Below, one piece after another: positions 12,490-23,027 of a DNA stretch of 64,000 nucleotides. Made by a program: the position numbers and the translations under genes. Within the stretch, counting starts at the first letter, position 1; every line of letters starts with the position of its first letter. Source of the stretch: an uncultured Phycisphaerales bacterium (lineage in GTDB: Bacteria > Planctomycetota > Phycisphaerae > Sedimentisphaerales > Anaerobacaceae). The DNA is taken from NCBI GenBank assembly GCA_963718665.1, contig OY970359.1:1760001-1824000 (forward strand), given 5' to 3'. The notes under the pieces were generated by a model. The model worked only from the letters and a program-made list of their open reading frames with translations, ran no database searches and was not told the origin of the DNA.

Positions 12490-13494
12490 ATGAAAGTCCT
12501 ATTCATCGGTGGAACCGGGATAATAAGCACGGCGGTAACTCAATTGGCGGTCGAAAGGGGAATCGACCTTTATCTACTCAACCGCGGGCAAAGTAAAAAA
12601 CTGATTCCCAGCGATGTCAAGGTCATCAAGGGCGACATCAGGGACAGGATTTCCGCGAGTAAACTTCTAAAAATGCACGATTTCGACGTTGTTGTCAACT
12701 GGGTGGCGTATGTGCCGACGCATGTCGAGGCCGACATCGAATTTTTCAGGGGCAAAGTGGGCCAATACATATTCATCAGCTCTGCATCGGCCTATCAAAA
12801 GCCGCCGACGAGCTGGCTCATCACTGAATCGACGCCGCTTTCCAATCCCTACTGGCAGTACTCGCGCGACAAAATCGCCTGTGAAGACCGGCTGATGGCT
12901 GAATACCGCAACAATGGTTTTCCTGTTACAATCGTCCGGCCGTCGCTGACATACGGCGTTACGATGATACCCGCGGCGATTAACAGTTGGCAAAAGCCCT
13001 GGACGATTGTTGACCGGATGCGCAAAGGCAAAAAAATTATCATTCACGGCGACGGCCTGACTGTCTGGACGATGACGCACAACACGGATTTTGCCAAAGG
13101 TTTCCTTGGGCTTATGGGCAACGTTCAATCAATCGGACACGCCGTTCACATCACATCTGACGAGGCGCTTACCTGGAATCAGATATACCAGGCGATAGCC
13201 GATGCCGCGGGCGTAAAGCATAAGCCGGTTTATATCTCTTCCGATTTTATTACCAAAATTGACCCCGAGCACACAGGCACGCTTTTGGGTGACAAATCCT
13301 GCTGTGCCGTCTTCGACAACACCAAAATAAAACGTCTCGTTCCTGATTTTGTCGCTACTGTTCCTTTTGCCCAGGGCGTCCGGCGTTCGGTTGAGTGGTT
13401 CGAGGCCGACGAGGAACGATGCGTGGTGGATGGTGATTACAACAAGTTTATGGACCGCACGATTGCCGCTTACGAAAAAGCGCTGCCCAAGTAG
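12490..13494 (+). CDS. NAD-dependent epimerase/dehydratase (extended SDR)
   Basis: GGTGIIS Rossmann motif, ISSASAY and YSRDK. Confidence 0.88.
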   Translation: MKVLFIGGTGIISTAVTQLAVERGIDLYLLNRGQSKKLIPSDVKVIKGDIRDRISASKLLKMHDFDVVVNWVAYVPTHVEADIEFFRGKVGQYIFISSASAYQKPPTSWLITESTPLSNPYWQYSRDKIACEDRLMAEYRNNGFPVTIVRPSLTYGVTMIPAAINSWQKPWTIVDRMRKGKKIIIHGDGLTVWTMTHNTDFAKGFLGLMGNVQSIGHAVHITSDEALTWNQIYQAIADAAGVKHKPVYISSDFITKIDPEHTGTLLGDKSCCAVFDNTKIKRLVPDFVATVPFAQGVRRSVEWFEADEERCVVDGDYNKFMDRTIAAYEKALPK

Positions 13495-13509
13495 CCATTT
13501 TTGTGTGAA

Positions 13510-14844
13510 TCAAATCCCATCGCGATTGAGGAGCGGACTTTTGTCGCGGACGAGGTTGGCTCGCTCGGGAAACAATTTGGTTATCTCGTTGGCGTCAGAG
13601 ACATTTAGCGTATAGGTGGTTTCCTGCCCGAGCGTTATCTTCTCCGGTTTTTTTGAGCTGTCGTAATAAATTTGTTGCCAATAGTTGCGTCCGTCGAGCC
13701 ATTCCAACCTGATGGCGTTGCTGTCCGTCCGGTCTTTGGTTGGCGGCGATTTTTCGATATAAACCGGCATCACGGCCCCATCCGGCCTGATTATATCTAT
13801 AATGACGGCCTGCTCGTTGATATCCAGCGCCTTTGTCAGAATCGGGTCAAGAACGATATCGGGTACGGCCGTTTCGCCGAGTTCGTATTCGCCCGTTTCT
13901 TTTTCTGTCCGCTTGTCAAACGGCGAGCCGGCCCGTAACCTGTGAACCGTCAGGATGCCGGAGTCAGCCGTCATTTCGATTCCTTTTCTGCCTGTTCTCG
14001 AGCTGGTTTCGGCTCGCCAGGTAAACTGTCGAAGGTTGGCATCGCCGCGAAAATAGCTGACTTGCTCATCGGATACGGTCCCCCGCAGGTAGTAATAATC
14101 CGCGGCGTTGATAGTGGTGTTGGCGTCCGTCCTGGCTAACGCCATAGCATCCATCGTAAAGCCGATTATCTTGTTGTGGGGGTCGGCTATAGTGAAAAAA
14201 GAAACTGATGAATCATTATCACGGGCGGTATCCAGCCCTTCATTCCTGATATCGCTGATTAGCCGGGTGCCTGCCCGCAGTAATCCGTTGTCGCTGAACC
14301 GGATGCTTTTGAAGATTTTTTCAAAAATATCTTTCGCCGTGTTCTGCTCAGATTCGCTCTGCAATACTTCTATTTCCAGCTGCCGCCCGTCGGCAAGCTC
14401 GCAGACGCCCAGGATTGTCTCAATCCCGGAATCGGTATTTATAGTCGCCCAGTTTGCTGTAAGGTTGCCTTCCGTTGATTGGCCCGTCGTGACAAGTTTT
14501 GTTCCAGAGTATTCATGGTCAAGTCGCTCCTTTGGTGTTTCCTCGCCTGCCGCCAGAAGGTAACGGCACTGGGCGTACGCTCTGTCATTAAGTCCGCTGA
14601 CTGCAAAAATGCTGCTGATATTAAAGGAGCTGTCTTCGAAAGACCATTTCTCTTTGCATTGCCAGCCGTTGCCCGAAGGCATCGAAACCGACAATCCCGA
14701 CCGGTTCAAATCAATAGGGGCCGACATTCTAATGCCGGTTTTGGATTGCATAACCAGCCGGGCCGTTAACAATGAAATGACCAGCAGGGCCGGCAGCGCA
14801 ATTGTCTTTGCTATGTATTTTCCCGTTTTATTTTCATCGACCAT
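13510..14844 (-). CDS. Hypothetical membrane-anchored exported protein
   Basis: 444-aa ORF with a single N-terminal TM; follows psd-pssA on the same strand. Confidence 0.7.
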   Translation of the reverse strand: MVDENKTGKYIAKTIALPALLVISLLTARLVMQSKTGIRMSAPIDLNRSGLSVSMPSGNGWQCKEKWSFEDSSFNISSIFAVSGLNDRAYAQCRYLLAAGEETPKERLDHEYSGTKLVTTGQSTEGNLTANWATINTDSGIETILGVCELADGRQLEIEVLQSESEQNTAKDIFEKIFKSIRFSDNGLLRAGTRLISDIRNEGLDTARDNDSSVSFFTIADPHNKIIGFTMDAMALARTDANTTINAADYYYLRGTVSDEQVSYFRGDANLRQFTWRAETSSRTGRKGIEMTADSGILTVHRLRAGSPFDKRTEKETGEYELGETAVPDIVLDPILTKALDINEQAVIIDIIRPDGAVMPVYIEKSPPTKDRTDSNAIRLEWLDGRNYWQQIYYDSSKKPEKITLGQETTYTLNVSDANEITKLFPERANLVRDKSPLLNRDGI

Positions 14845-14908
14845 AAGATTGCCGTTGATTTTTCAATTATGATTTGAAAAAGGAAAAAACGCACCAGCCG
14901 GCATTTTC

Positions 14909-15901
14909 CTAATCAAGCGCAGAAACAGCCGATTCGTCGAGGACATGCCGGCCCCTGTGGAAAAACCTGCAATAAAACCATTTCAGAAAACCGCTTGCCG
15001 CGAAGCCGCAGAAAATAACAACCAGCGCAACTTGGCGACTCCAAATTATCAGCGCGAAAAAGAGCAATGCCCTGATTAGATGCGCAAATGGTTTTTTGCC
15101 CTTTATATACTGGTTGAGCACGTGTGCGTACCGGATTCGGCTGACCATAAGAACTGCCGCGCAAAGGGCGATTATGGGTAACGAATAAATCACCAAATCA
15201 TCGAGCATAAAGCTCACAAATCCCGCGGCCCAGTCGCGTCCCGGGTGCGACAGAAAATCCGGCACCGTTTCCTGGTTGAATATCACTAAACTGACGATGA
15301 TGCCCGCCGCCGCGGGGCTGGGTAACCCGACAAAGCTCATGTGCGACGACTCGTCTTCTTCGTTTTCGACATTGAACCGGGCCAGCCGAATCGCCGCGCA
15401 GCTTAGGTATGTTGCCGCCGCCAGCCAGATAAATCGTTCGAGGAAACTGATAACGATGGGGTTAATCTCCGTCAGCCCTGACAATTTGTGCTCGATAATT
15501 TTTATCATCAAAAACGCAGGCGCTACGCCGAAGCTGACTATATCGCACAAGCTGTCTAATTGTCCGCCGAAACTCGACGTGCTCTTGCTCATCCTCGCGA
15601 GGCGTCCGTCGAGCATATCCGCCACCATCGCCAGCAGAATCATATAGCCCGCCATCGCGAAATACGGCACGACGAGCCGATGATACGACCACTGTCCCGT
15701 CTCCGAAGTAACCGCCTGACTGGCAAAAGTAATCGCCGCGAAACCGCACGCGCCGTTGATAATCGTAACTAATGAGGGCAAAATCGTGATGTATTTGAGC
15801 CGCTGCCTCCGCATCCTTCGCAGGAAACTTTCCCTCGACGCATCAGTCCTGAATCGCGTCGGCTTTTGAATGATTGGCTTGTTTGGCCCTGATTCGCTCA
15901 T
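14909..15901 (-). CDS. pssA: CDP-diacylglycerol--serine O-phosphatidyltransferase
   Basis: DMLDGRLAR..FGGQLDSLCD CDP-alcohol phosphotransferase motif; RLARFN; overlaps the psd stop. Confidence 0.92.
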   Translation of the reverse strand: MSESGPNKPIIQKPTRFRTDASRESFLRRMRRQRLKYITILPSLVTIINGACGFAAITFASQAVTSETGQWSYHRLVVPYFAMAGYMILLAMVADMLDGRLARMSKSTSSFGGQLDSLCDIVSFGVAPAFLMIKIIEHKLSGLTEINPIVISFLERFIWLAAATYLSCAAIRLARFNVENEEDESSHMSFVGLPSPAAAGIIVSLVIFNQETVPDFLSHPGRDWAAGFVSFMLDDLVIYSLPIIALCAAVLMVSRIRYAHVLNQYIKGKKPFAHLIRALLFFALIIWSRQVALVVIFCGFAASGFLKWFYCRFFHRGRHVLDESAVSALD

Positions 15902-16578
15902 AATCTTATAATCGGCGTTAGCCCCGCCTTTACTTTGTCTCCAATTTTGACAAGGCACTTAGCCCCGTCGCGAGCCGGCAAATACAGCTCAGTCCGCGAA
16001 CCAAATTTTATCATACCGAACCTCTCGCCGCTAACTAATTCCACGCCTTGTTTTGCCCTGCAGACGATTCGCCGGGCTATCGCTCCGCTAATCTGGCGGA
16101 CAATCAGTTTATCGTTGGGCGATTCAATCCTCGTAAGCCAAAGGTCATTCGATTCGTTCACTTTGCCCGCTTCGGGGTTTCTCGCGTCGAGGAACTGGCC
16201 CTCGCGATAGGTGATTTTCTCGATTTTCGCCCGGCAGGGGCTGCGATTGATATGCACGTTGAAAATGCTCAGGAATATGCCGACCCGCAGGGTCTTGCCG
16301 CCGATGAAGTCGGGTTCGTCAACGGTCTCGATATCGGCTATCGTTCCGTCCGCGGGCGCTAATAATATATCTTTATCCTGCGGCACTTCTCTTTCCGGGT
16401 CGCGGAAAAACGACAGCATCCATATAAAGACGATGCCCAGCGCAATCTCGACGAATTGAATCATCCACTCAGGCGTCGTAGGACTTGCCCCGATATACAG
16501 CACAATCATAAACACAAGCAGCATCGCCGGATAAAACACCACCTGCGGCCAGCCATATTTCGTCAACGGTATCTTCAT
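15898..16578 (-). CDS. psd: Phosphatidylserine decarboxylase proenzyme
   Basis: FFRDPER, APADG, NVHINRSP and FGSR self-cleavage motif. Confidence 0.95.
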   Translation of the reverse strand: MKIPLTKYGWPQVVFYPAMLLVFMIVLYIGASPTTPEWMIQFVEIALGIVFIWMLSFFRDPEREVPQDKDILLAPADGTIADIETVDEPDFIGGKTLRVGIFLSIFNVHINRSPCRAKIEKITYREGQFLDARNPEAGKVNESNDLWLTRIESPNDKLIVRQISGAIARRIVCRAKQGVELVSGERFGMIKFGSRTELYLPARDGAKCLVKIGDKVKAGLTPIIRL

Positions 16579-16845
16579 CGCCGATATTCTATCAGAATAC
16601 CCCATTTTTGCCAGTGTATTGGCAAAATCACCAACCCCCGGTGGAGAAATCACGCCTACGGCGGACAGGTCTTGCCTTTAAGTTTTTGAAAACCGGAAGG
16701 TTTTGAATGATAATTGGAAAAAGAGAGAACAGGAATTACGAAAGGATGATGAAAAATAATGAGGAAGACTTGGTTTTGCAATGCTCATTCCGAAACCAGG
16801 AAATTTATTTAGAGAAAATCACAGATAATAAATAAGTGGAGCAAA

Positions 16846-17724
16846 ATGAGTGAAGAAACGAAAAGTCAATCCCCAGCACCAGTTCTGCGGGAAACTTCTA
16901 AATGCAAATACTGTAAACAAGAAATTCTGCCGAAATCTTCAAAGTGTCATCACTGCGGGGAGTATCAGAATTGGTGGAGACTGTTTGTGTTTCTACCTCT
17001 CATTATGCTGATAATCGCCACGGTTCAGGTTTTAGAGGCCCATAAAAAATATGTTGATGCTTCAGACGCCTTGCGCATCGTAAATTCTTTGAGCGAAGAC
17101 GTAAATAAGGCGTCCGTCGAAGCTAAAAGGATGGTTACAGAAATTAAAAATATCTTAGACGGAACCGAGAAGAAAGTAGCTGAGTTAGACCGGTCTATTC
17201 AAGACGGCAATAGGGCTGTGATGGAATTGCGGTTGCTAACTCGATTTGATACGGTAGTCATCAATGCCCAAACCGATGACAGGGATGCTTATGACCAACT
17301 TTTTGTTTGGGGTGAAGATGCTTCTTTTCCTTATCATGAAATCGCTATACAAACAGTCAATAAAATGATGTTCGAAAGTGGTCTGTTCTTTCCTCCTAAT
17401 TTTACTAGAATTGATGTTGATATTCCGTGGTCAGAAGGAATTGACCCAAACAAACGCACTCTGTCCCAATTATTGGATTTTTATAACATATCTACAGCGA
17501 GAATTCGTTTAGGTGTAGTTCAATTTGTATGGTTGCAACGCTTAGACATTTCTAGAAAAGAACGCCTTCAGTTCCTTATAGATGTTCTTAAATATGAGAA
17601 AAGTCTTCTTGTCTGCAAATTTGCTGGTTATTATTTTCTAAAAGACACAGGCGATGGTATCTCTCCGTTAGGTATGAAAAAGCATCTCGAATGGTGGGAA
17701 AAGAACAAAGAAACGGTTAAATGA
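16846..17724 (+). CDS. Hypothetical protein with zinc ribbon, TM and coiled coil; AT-rich accessory gene
   Basis: CKYC..CHHC, hydrophobic segment, RBS-like GGAG upstream. Confidence 0.7.
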   Translation: MSEETKSQSPAPVLRETSKCKYCKQEILPKSSKCHHCGEYQNWWRLFVFLPLIMLIIATVQVLEAHKKYVDASDALRIVNSLSEDVNKASVEAKRMVTEIKNILDGTEKKVAELDRSIQDGNRAVMELRLLTRFDTVVINAQTDDRDAYDQLFVWGEDASFPYHEIAIQTVNKMMFESGLFFPPNFTRIDVDIPWSEGIDPNKRTLSQLLDFYNISTARIRLGVVQFVWLQRLDISRKERLQFLIDVLKYEKSLLVCKFAGYYFLKDTGDGISPLGMKKHLEWWEKNKETVK

Positions 17725-18145
17725 CCCTTGCGATTGCCTTTAAGGGAAGAAATGGGACAGCTACCTATTTTTATTATCCACTGCCGTTAAATCGCAAATC
17801 ATCCTCGCCACAGGCGAGCAAATTCAGCGTATAGCGGACAGGTTAAACTAACGACTAACAACGATATACTAACGACTAATTTCTACCTGCGCTTTTTTCT
17901 CACAATCGCCGCGGGATGTGAGAATTGCAGCGATAATTGCCTTTTTTGCTGAAAAACCTGCGTTTTTTTGTGGCTTAGTTGCGCTAGTATGCCGAAATAT
18001 AACTTATAACTAACAGAACAATCAGCAAGTAACGGTTTATATTGAAAATGAGCGGAGTTTGTGGTATAATAAATAATCTGGGGTGGCTGTTTGAGTTGCA
18101 TCCCGATGTTATTAACTTTTTACTCGGCGGTTGACCGAGGAGGAA

Positions 18146-19891
18146 ATGGTGATTTGGTTTCCTACAAAAGCTCGATTATCAGCACTGATAACGGGGTTTT
18201 TGAGCTTATTGCTGTTGGGCAATATCGCTGTCGCTGAACAGCAGTCGATCGGGAATTTTCAGCCGCAGGCACTCAATTACGCCGGGATATATCAGCTTAA
18301 ACAAACCGACCCTAATCTCACCGGCGCCGGCGTAAAAGTTGCCTTGGTCAGCCGAAGCATTAACTACGTCGATGGCGAGCCGCAAAATGATTACCGCCCC
18401 GCAACTGACCTCAACTGTTTCAAGGATACGCAATATATTTTCCACGACCAGCAGCTTCAGCCGGCGGGTATCTCGGCGCATTCGACCGCCGTATGCTCGA
18501 TTCTTTTCGGCCGGGACCCCAACGGCTTCAATGAGCAAATCGGCAATTTCAATTACGAGGGTGCAGTTCCCGAGGCGCAGGCCGATGTGTATGAGTTCTG
18601 GAGTTTTCTCGTGAACAATGTATTTTCCTGCTCCGCTCCAGATGCCGATATTATCACCGCCGACATAGGTTACCAGTTCGAGGACTGGTGGACCCGCGGC
18701 ATCGAGGCGATGGTGCAAAAATACGGATTGACCGTTGTCGTCGGCATAGGCAACGGCTCAAATTCGTCCGACCCTGTTCTTTTCCCCGGTGCGGGCAGCA
18801 ATGTAATTGGTGTTGGCGTTGTGAAGTCCGTTGAATCCAATGATGTCAACGTCGGGCTTTCGCGTTTCGCGCTTGTATATCCCGAGTATTCCAGCAGGGG
18901 GCCGACTTCCGATGCCCGCTGCAAACCTGATATCGTCGCTCCCGGCAACTGCCTTGCTGCCGTGGCGGGCGAGCCGAATCTTTACGAACCGACGGGCGAC
19001 TGGTCGAGTTTTGCAACGCCGGTTGTCGCAGGCGCCGCGGCGCTGCTTATTCAACAGGCCTACGCCGACCCGAATCTTCAACAGGCCGTTTCGCACGATG
19101 GCGGCAACTGCGTCATAAAATCAGTCCTGCTCAATTCCGCGACCAAGCTTCCTTATTGGCACAAAGGTCTGCTGACCAAAGATGACGACCACGATGTCCC
19201 TCTCGATTATCTGCAGGGAGCGGGAATGGTCAACGCCGTCGCAGCGAGTAATCAGTTGCTGGCAGGTCAGCATTTGCCCGGCGACTGCCCGACGGCCGGC
19301 TGGGACCTCAATAAACTCAACCTCGACCAGACGCCCGAAAACACCTACAAATTTCGGATTACAGAGCCGGTAGACAAAATGATTACCGCTACTGTAACCT
19401 GGAACAGGCAGTTTTCTCTTGTATATCCTTTTGAGCACGATACCCAAAAAGACGCCGACCTTCGGCTTGAGGTTTGGGCTGTTGATTCGAACGACCCCAA
19501 TAACGATTACCTTCTCGATTACTCCGACAGCCGAACCGACAACGTCGAGCACGTTTATACGCCGGCCGACGGCAATTTCACCGATTACGAAATCGTCGTT
19601 TTGTTCAGCAGCGAGCACGATGTGAATCAGCCGCAGGTTTCGCCGCCGTATGCGGTCGCCTGGAACGTCGGGCCGGTGCCCGTCAGAGACGATGCACTCT
19701 GGTTTGACCTCAACGGCGACGGTGTGGTTGATGACCTCGATGTCAGTGTGCTGCTCGATAACCTGATTGCGAGTATGCAAAATCCGGAAGGTCGCTATTT
19801 ATTCGGCGATATAAATTCCGACGGCGTTATCGACGTCAGCGACCTCGATATACTAATGCGTTACATCGATTCGGCGGCTGACCGTCGATAG
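18146..19891 (+). CDS. Secreted S8 subtilase-like protein with C-terminal dockerin-like EF-hand pair
   Basis: SSRGP, KPDIVAPG, SFATPVVAG, GAGMVNA motifs; DLNGDGVVDDLD and GDINSDGVIDVSD. Confidence 0.85.
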   Translation: MVIWFPTKARLSALITGFLSLLLLGNIAVAEQQSIGNFQPQALNYAGIYQLKQTDPNLTGAGVKVALVSRSINYVDGEPQNDYRPATDLNCFKDTQYIFHDQQLQPAGISAHSTAVCSILFGRDPNGFNEQIGNFNYEGAVPEAQADVYEFWSFLVNNVFSCSAPDADIITADIGYQFEDWWTRGIEAMVQKYGLTVVVGIGNGSNSSDPVLFPGAGSNVIGVGVVKSVESNDVNVGLSRFALVYPEYSSRGPTSDARCKPDIVAPGNCLAAVAGEPNLYEPTGDWSSFATPVVAGAAALLIQQAYADPNLQQAVSHDGGNCVIKSVLLNSATKLPYWHKGLLTKDDDHDVPLDYLQGAGMVNAVAASNQLLAGQHLPGDCPTAGWDLNKLNLDQTPENTYKFRITEPVDKMITATVTWNRQFSLVYPFEHDTQKDADLRLEVWAVDSNDPNNDYLLDYSDSRTDNVEHVYTPADGNFTDYEIVVLFSSEHDVNQPQVSPPYAVAWNVGPVPVRDDALWFDLNGDGVVDDLDVSVLLDNLIASMQNPEGRYLFGDINSDGVIDVSDLDILMRYIDSAADRR

Positions 19892-19921
19892 CGTAGCTGC
19901 ACACCGGAGGAGAAAAATGAG

Positions 19922-21111
19922 ATGGGAAAAACGTTCATTAAGTTCTGTTTCATAGCGGCATTTATCGTATCTCTGTATACAGGCAACTGCAATGCCATCG
20001 AATTCAAGGGAATGAGCTACACCGGCTGGAGTTGGGAGGACTACAATTCAATCAATTCCAACACGTCACTGGCCAATGCACAAAATGTCGGCTGCAATTG
20101 GGTTGCCATATGTGTCTGGTGGTTCCAGAACGACATCAATTCTACTGTTATCGCCCCCATTAAAAGTTCGTATTCTGCCGATCCATGCGCTGTCCAGATT
20201 GCTGTTAACCGATGCCACCAGCTCGGTATGAGAGTTATGCTCAAGCCGATGGTTGACCTTTCGAACGACTCGTCCCACTGGCGAGGACAAATCAACCCAT
20301 CAACCGCCTGGTTTACCGCATATCAGAGCTTCATCGACTACTGGGCGGACTTCGCCACAGCAAACAACTGCGAGATGTTCTGTATCGGCTGCGAACTGGT
20401 TAACACCGACGGCGGCTCCTCCAATGCCAACTCGTGGAGCTCCATCGCGGACAGTGTTCGAACACATTACTCAGGCCCCATTACCTATGCTGCCAACTGG
20501 GGCGATGAAACAAATATCTCCTGGTGGAACGCCGTTGATTACATAGGCATCGATGCCTACTATCCGCTGACAAGCATTGACGATCCCACTAAAGCCCAAC
20601 TTCAAACCGCCTGGACTAACCGAGCAAACTCCATCGGGTCCTGGCGAAGTACCAACTGGCCGGATATGAATGTAATGTTTACTGAAGTCGGCTATTGCAG
20701 CTACGCCGGCACAAACATCACACCCTATGCAAGCCCCGGCTCATCGTCTGTGCTGGACATCAATGAACAAAATGACTGTTTTTGTCCGTCTGCAGGAATT
20801 ATTCATGGTGGAAAGGCGCTTTCTGGTGGAATTGGGATACAAACCCAAGCGCAGGCGGACTAAACGACGATGACTATATGCCGCAAAATAAGCCCGCCTC
20901 GACCGTCACGTTGAAGGAGTATTATATCACGCTTGTCGGCGACCTCGACGATGATAGAACCGTTGATATTAACGACCTCGCGATTTTCTGCGACTATTGG
21001 CTGGAGCAGAACTTTGTCGGCTGGCCCGATTTCAACAATGACAAAAAGGTGGACTTCAAGGATTTTGCGATGCTCGCCGCAAACTGGCGACAGTCCATTC
21101 CGCTTCCTTAG
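19922..21111 (+). pseudogene. GH113 beta-mannanase-like enzyme plus dockerin, frameshifted near 20780
   Basis: LKPMVD, WRG, GCEL, TYAANW, GIDAYYPL and FTEVGY; continues in another frame as WWKGAFWWNW..PQNKPA plus dockerin. Confidence 0.82.
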
Positions 21112-21188
21112 AAATCCTTAAAAATACCTGCAGGGCTATATCGCAAGTTATCTTGCGATTGGGTCGGCTTTAGTGTATTTTTACCTTC

Positions 21189-22310
21189 GTGGAAACGAAG
21201 GTAATCAAACTCGATGTAAATGATATCGATGCGTCGGCAATAAAAGAGGCAGCCAGAATAATAGACGCCGGCGGGCTTGTCGCCTTTCCTACCGAAACCG
21301 TTTACGGCATCGCCTGTCGCGTCAGCAATGATTCATTGGCAAAGCTCGGCAACCTCAAAGGCAGGCCGGCGGACAAATACTATACCCTTCATATCGCCAA
21401 TCCTTCCGATGCCATGCGATATGTCCCCACAATTGGCCTGCGGGTGAAAAGGCTGATAAAAACCGCCTGGCCCGGGCCGCTGACAATGGTGTTTGAACTT
21501 GACGAAAAAGATATCGTTCGGCAAAAAGACAAAATATCGCCGGAAGTATTCAGCAATCTTTATCGCGACGGCTCAATCGGCATTCGCTGTCCCGACAATC
21601 CGGTCGCCTCGATGCTTTTATCGCAGACGACGTATCCTGTTGTCGCGCCAAGTGCAAATATCAGCGGACAACCTCCCGCAGTCGAAGCAGGCGGCATTGC
21701 CCAACAGTTTGAAGGCCAGCTCGATATGATTCTCGATGGCGGACTATGTAAATACGCCAAAAGCAGCACGGTCGCCAGGATAGGCCAAAAAGGCATCGAA
21801 ATACTCAGACAGGGCGTCTACTCTGAATCGCAACTCCTTGAAATGACTCAGGTTACGATTCTGTTTGTCTGCACGGGCAACAGTTGCAGAAGCCCTATGG
21901 CCGAAGGCCTGTTCAAAAAACATCTTGCAGAAAAGTTGGGCTGCCCCATTGACCGGCTCGCAGAAAAGGGATATACAATAACATCTGCGGGCACGTTTGG
22001 TATGGTCGGGTTTCCCGCCAGCGACGAGGCCATCGAGGCCTGTGCAGCAAAAGGGGTCGATATCAGCGCCCACAGAAGCAGGGCATTGACGATACACCTG
22101 ATTGAGCAGAGTGATTTGATATTTGCCATGACGCAGGGACATCGGGAAGCAGTATTGGAAATGTGCCCCGAAGCCGCGAGTAAATGTTCGCTGCTTGACG
22201 ACGGGGCCGATATCCCGGACCCGATAGGTCAGTCACGGGCAGTTTACGACAATTGTGCCGAACGCATCAACAAGGCGATAACAAAAAGAATTGATGAGAT
22301 GATATTATGA
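21189..22310 (+). CDS. tsaC: Threonylcarbamoyl-AMP synthase (Sua5/TsaC) fused to an LMW protein phosphatase (YwlE-like)
   Basis: FPTETVYG, KGRP and SANISG; then CTGNSCRS P-loop and DIPDP. Confidence 0.9.
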   Translation: METKVIKLDVNDIDASAIKEAARIIDAGGLVAFPTETVYGIACRVSNDSLAKLGNLKGRPADKYYTLHIANPSDAMRYVPTIGLRVKRLIKTAWPGPLTMVFELDEKDIVRQKDKISPEVFSNLYRDGSIGIRCPDNPVASMLLSQTTYPVVAPSANISGQPPAVEAGGIAQQFEGQLDMILDGGLCKYAKSSTVARIGQKGIEILRQGVYSESQLLEMTQVTILFVCTGNSCRSPMAEGLFKKHLAEKLGCPIDRLAEKGYTITSAGTFGMVGFPASDEAIEACAAKGVDISAHRSRALTIHLIEQSDLIFAMTQGHREAVLEMCPEAASKCSLLDDGADIPDPIGQSRAVYDNCAERINKAITKRIDEMIL

Positions 22311-22780
22311 AAGTAGCGGTTGGAAGTGATCATCGAGGTTACAAAGCCAAAGAGCTGATTAAGACCATCATAGTCCAGCTTGGCCACGAGTGCATTGACG
22401 TCGGGACAGTTGACGGCAACCCCGTTGATTATCCTGACCCGGCGTATCTTGCCGCCAAGGCCGTCGCGGAGAAAAAAGCCGACAGAGCCATTTTGGCTTG
22501 CGGCACCGGTATAGGAATGAGCATCACAGCCAACAAGGTCAAAGGCATTCGTGCCGCCCTCTGTTACGATGAGCTTGGCGCACGCATTTCCCGTCATCAC
22601 AATGACGCCAATGTCCTTTGTGTCTCAGGCGAGCTTTTGGGCGAAGTCCTACTTCGCAAAATGGTCGAGGTCTGGCTCGGCACCGATTTTGCCGGCGGAA
22701 GACATCTCAGGAGGGTCCAGAAAATCGAGGCCATCGAAAAAGAAAAAGACCCAACGTCCGTTAAAAACCATAACGATTAA
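22307..22780 (+). CDS. rpiB: Ribose-5-phosphate isomerase B
   Basis: SDHRG, DYPD, CGTGIG, HNDAN and GGRH motifs. Confidence 0.96.
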   Translation: MKVAVGSDHRGYKAKELIKTIIVQLGHECIDVGTVDGNPVDYPDPAYLAAKAVAEKKADRAILACGTGIGMSITANKVKGIRAALCYDELGARISRHHNDANVLCVSGELLGEVLLRKMVEVWLGTDFAGGRHLRRVQKIEAIEKEKDPTSVKNHND

Positions 22781-22802
22781 ACCAATTCCAGGAACAGAAA
22801 AT

Positions 22803-22842
22803 GACCCTGTGCAGCTTCGGCGAAACAGGGTCTTCTTTTTTT
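22803..22842 (+). terminator. Rho-independent terminator after rpiB
   Basis: GACCCTGT / ACAGGGTC stem plus T tract. Confidence 0.8.
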
Positions 22843-22852
22843 GCTGTCCTAT

Positions 22853-22881
22853 TTGGATTTCCCCGGAACATTTCCTATATT
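22853..22881 (+). promoter_or_regulatory. Putative sigma70 promoter
   Basis: TTGGAT-N17-TATATT. Confidence 0.45.
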
Positions 22882-22887
22882 CTAAAT

Positions 22888-22998
22888 GGAGCTAATGAGA
22901 AACTAACGCCTTCTCTTCTCCTCTCTTCTTCGAAGGGGACGGGGTTGCTGACCGAGTGATACCCAGTGCAACGGGGGGGACCTCGTCTCCGGATTTTT
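22888..22998 (+). ncRNA. Candidate orphan small RNA
   Basis: Downstream of the putative promoter; CU-rich tract then a GC-rich nested hairpin and T tract; no real ORF. Confidence 0.35.
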
Positions 22999-23027
22999 AA
23001 AATAAAATTTAACAGGCGTTGCTGAAT

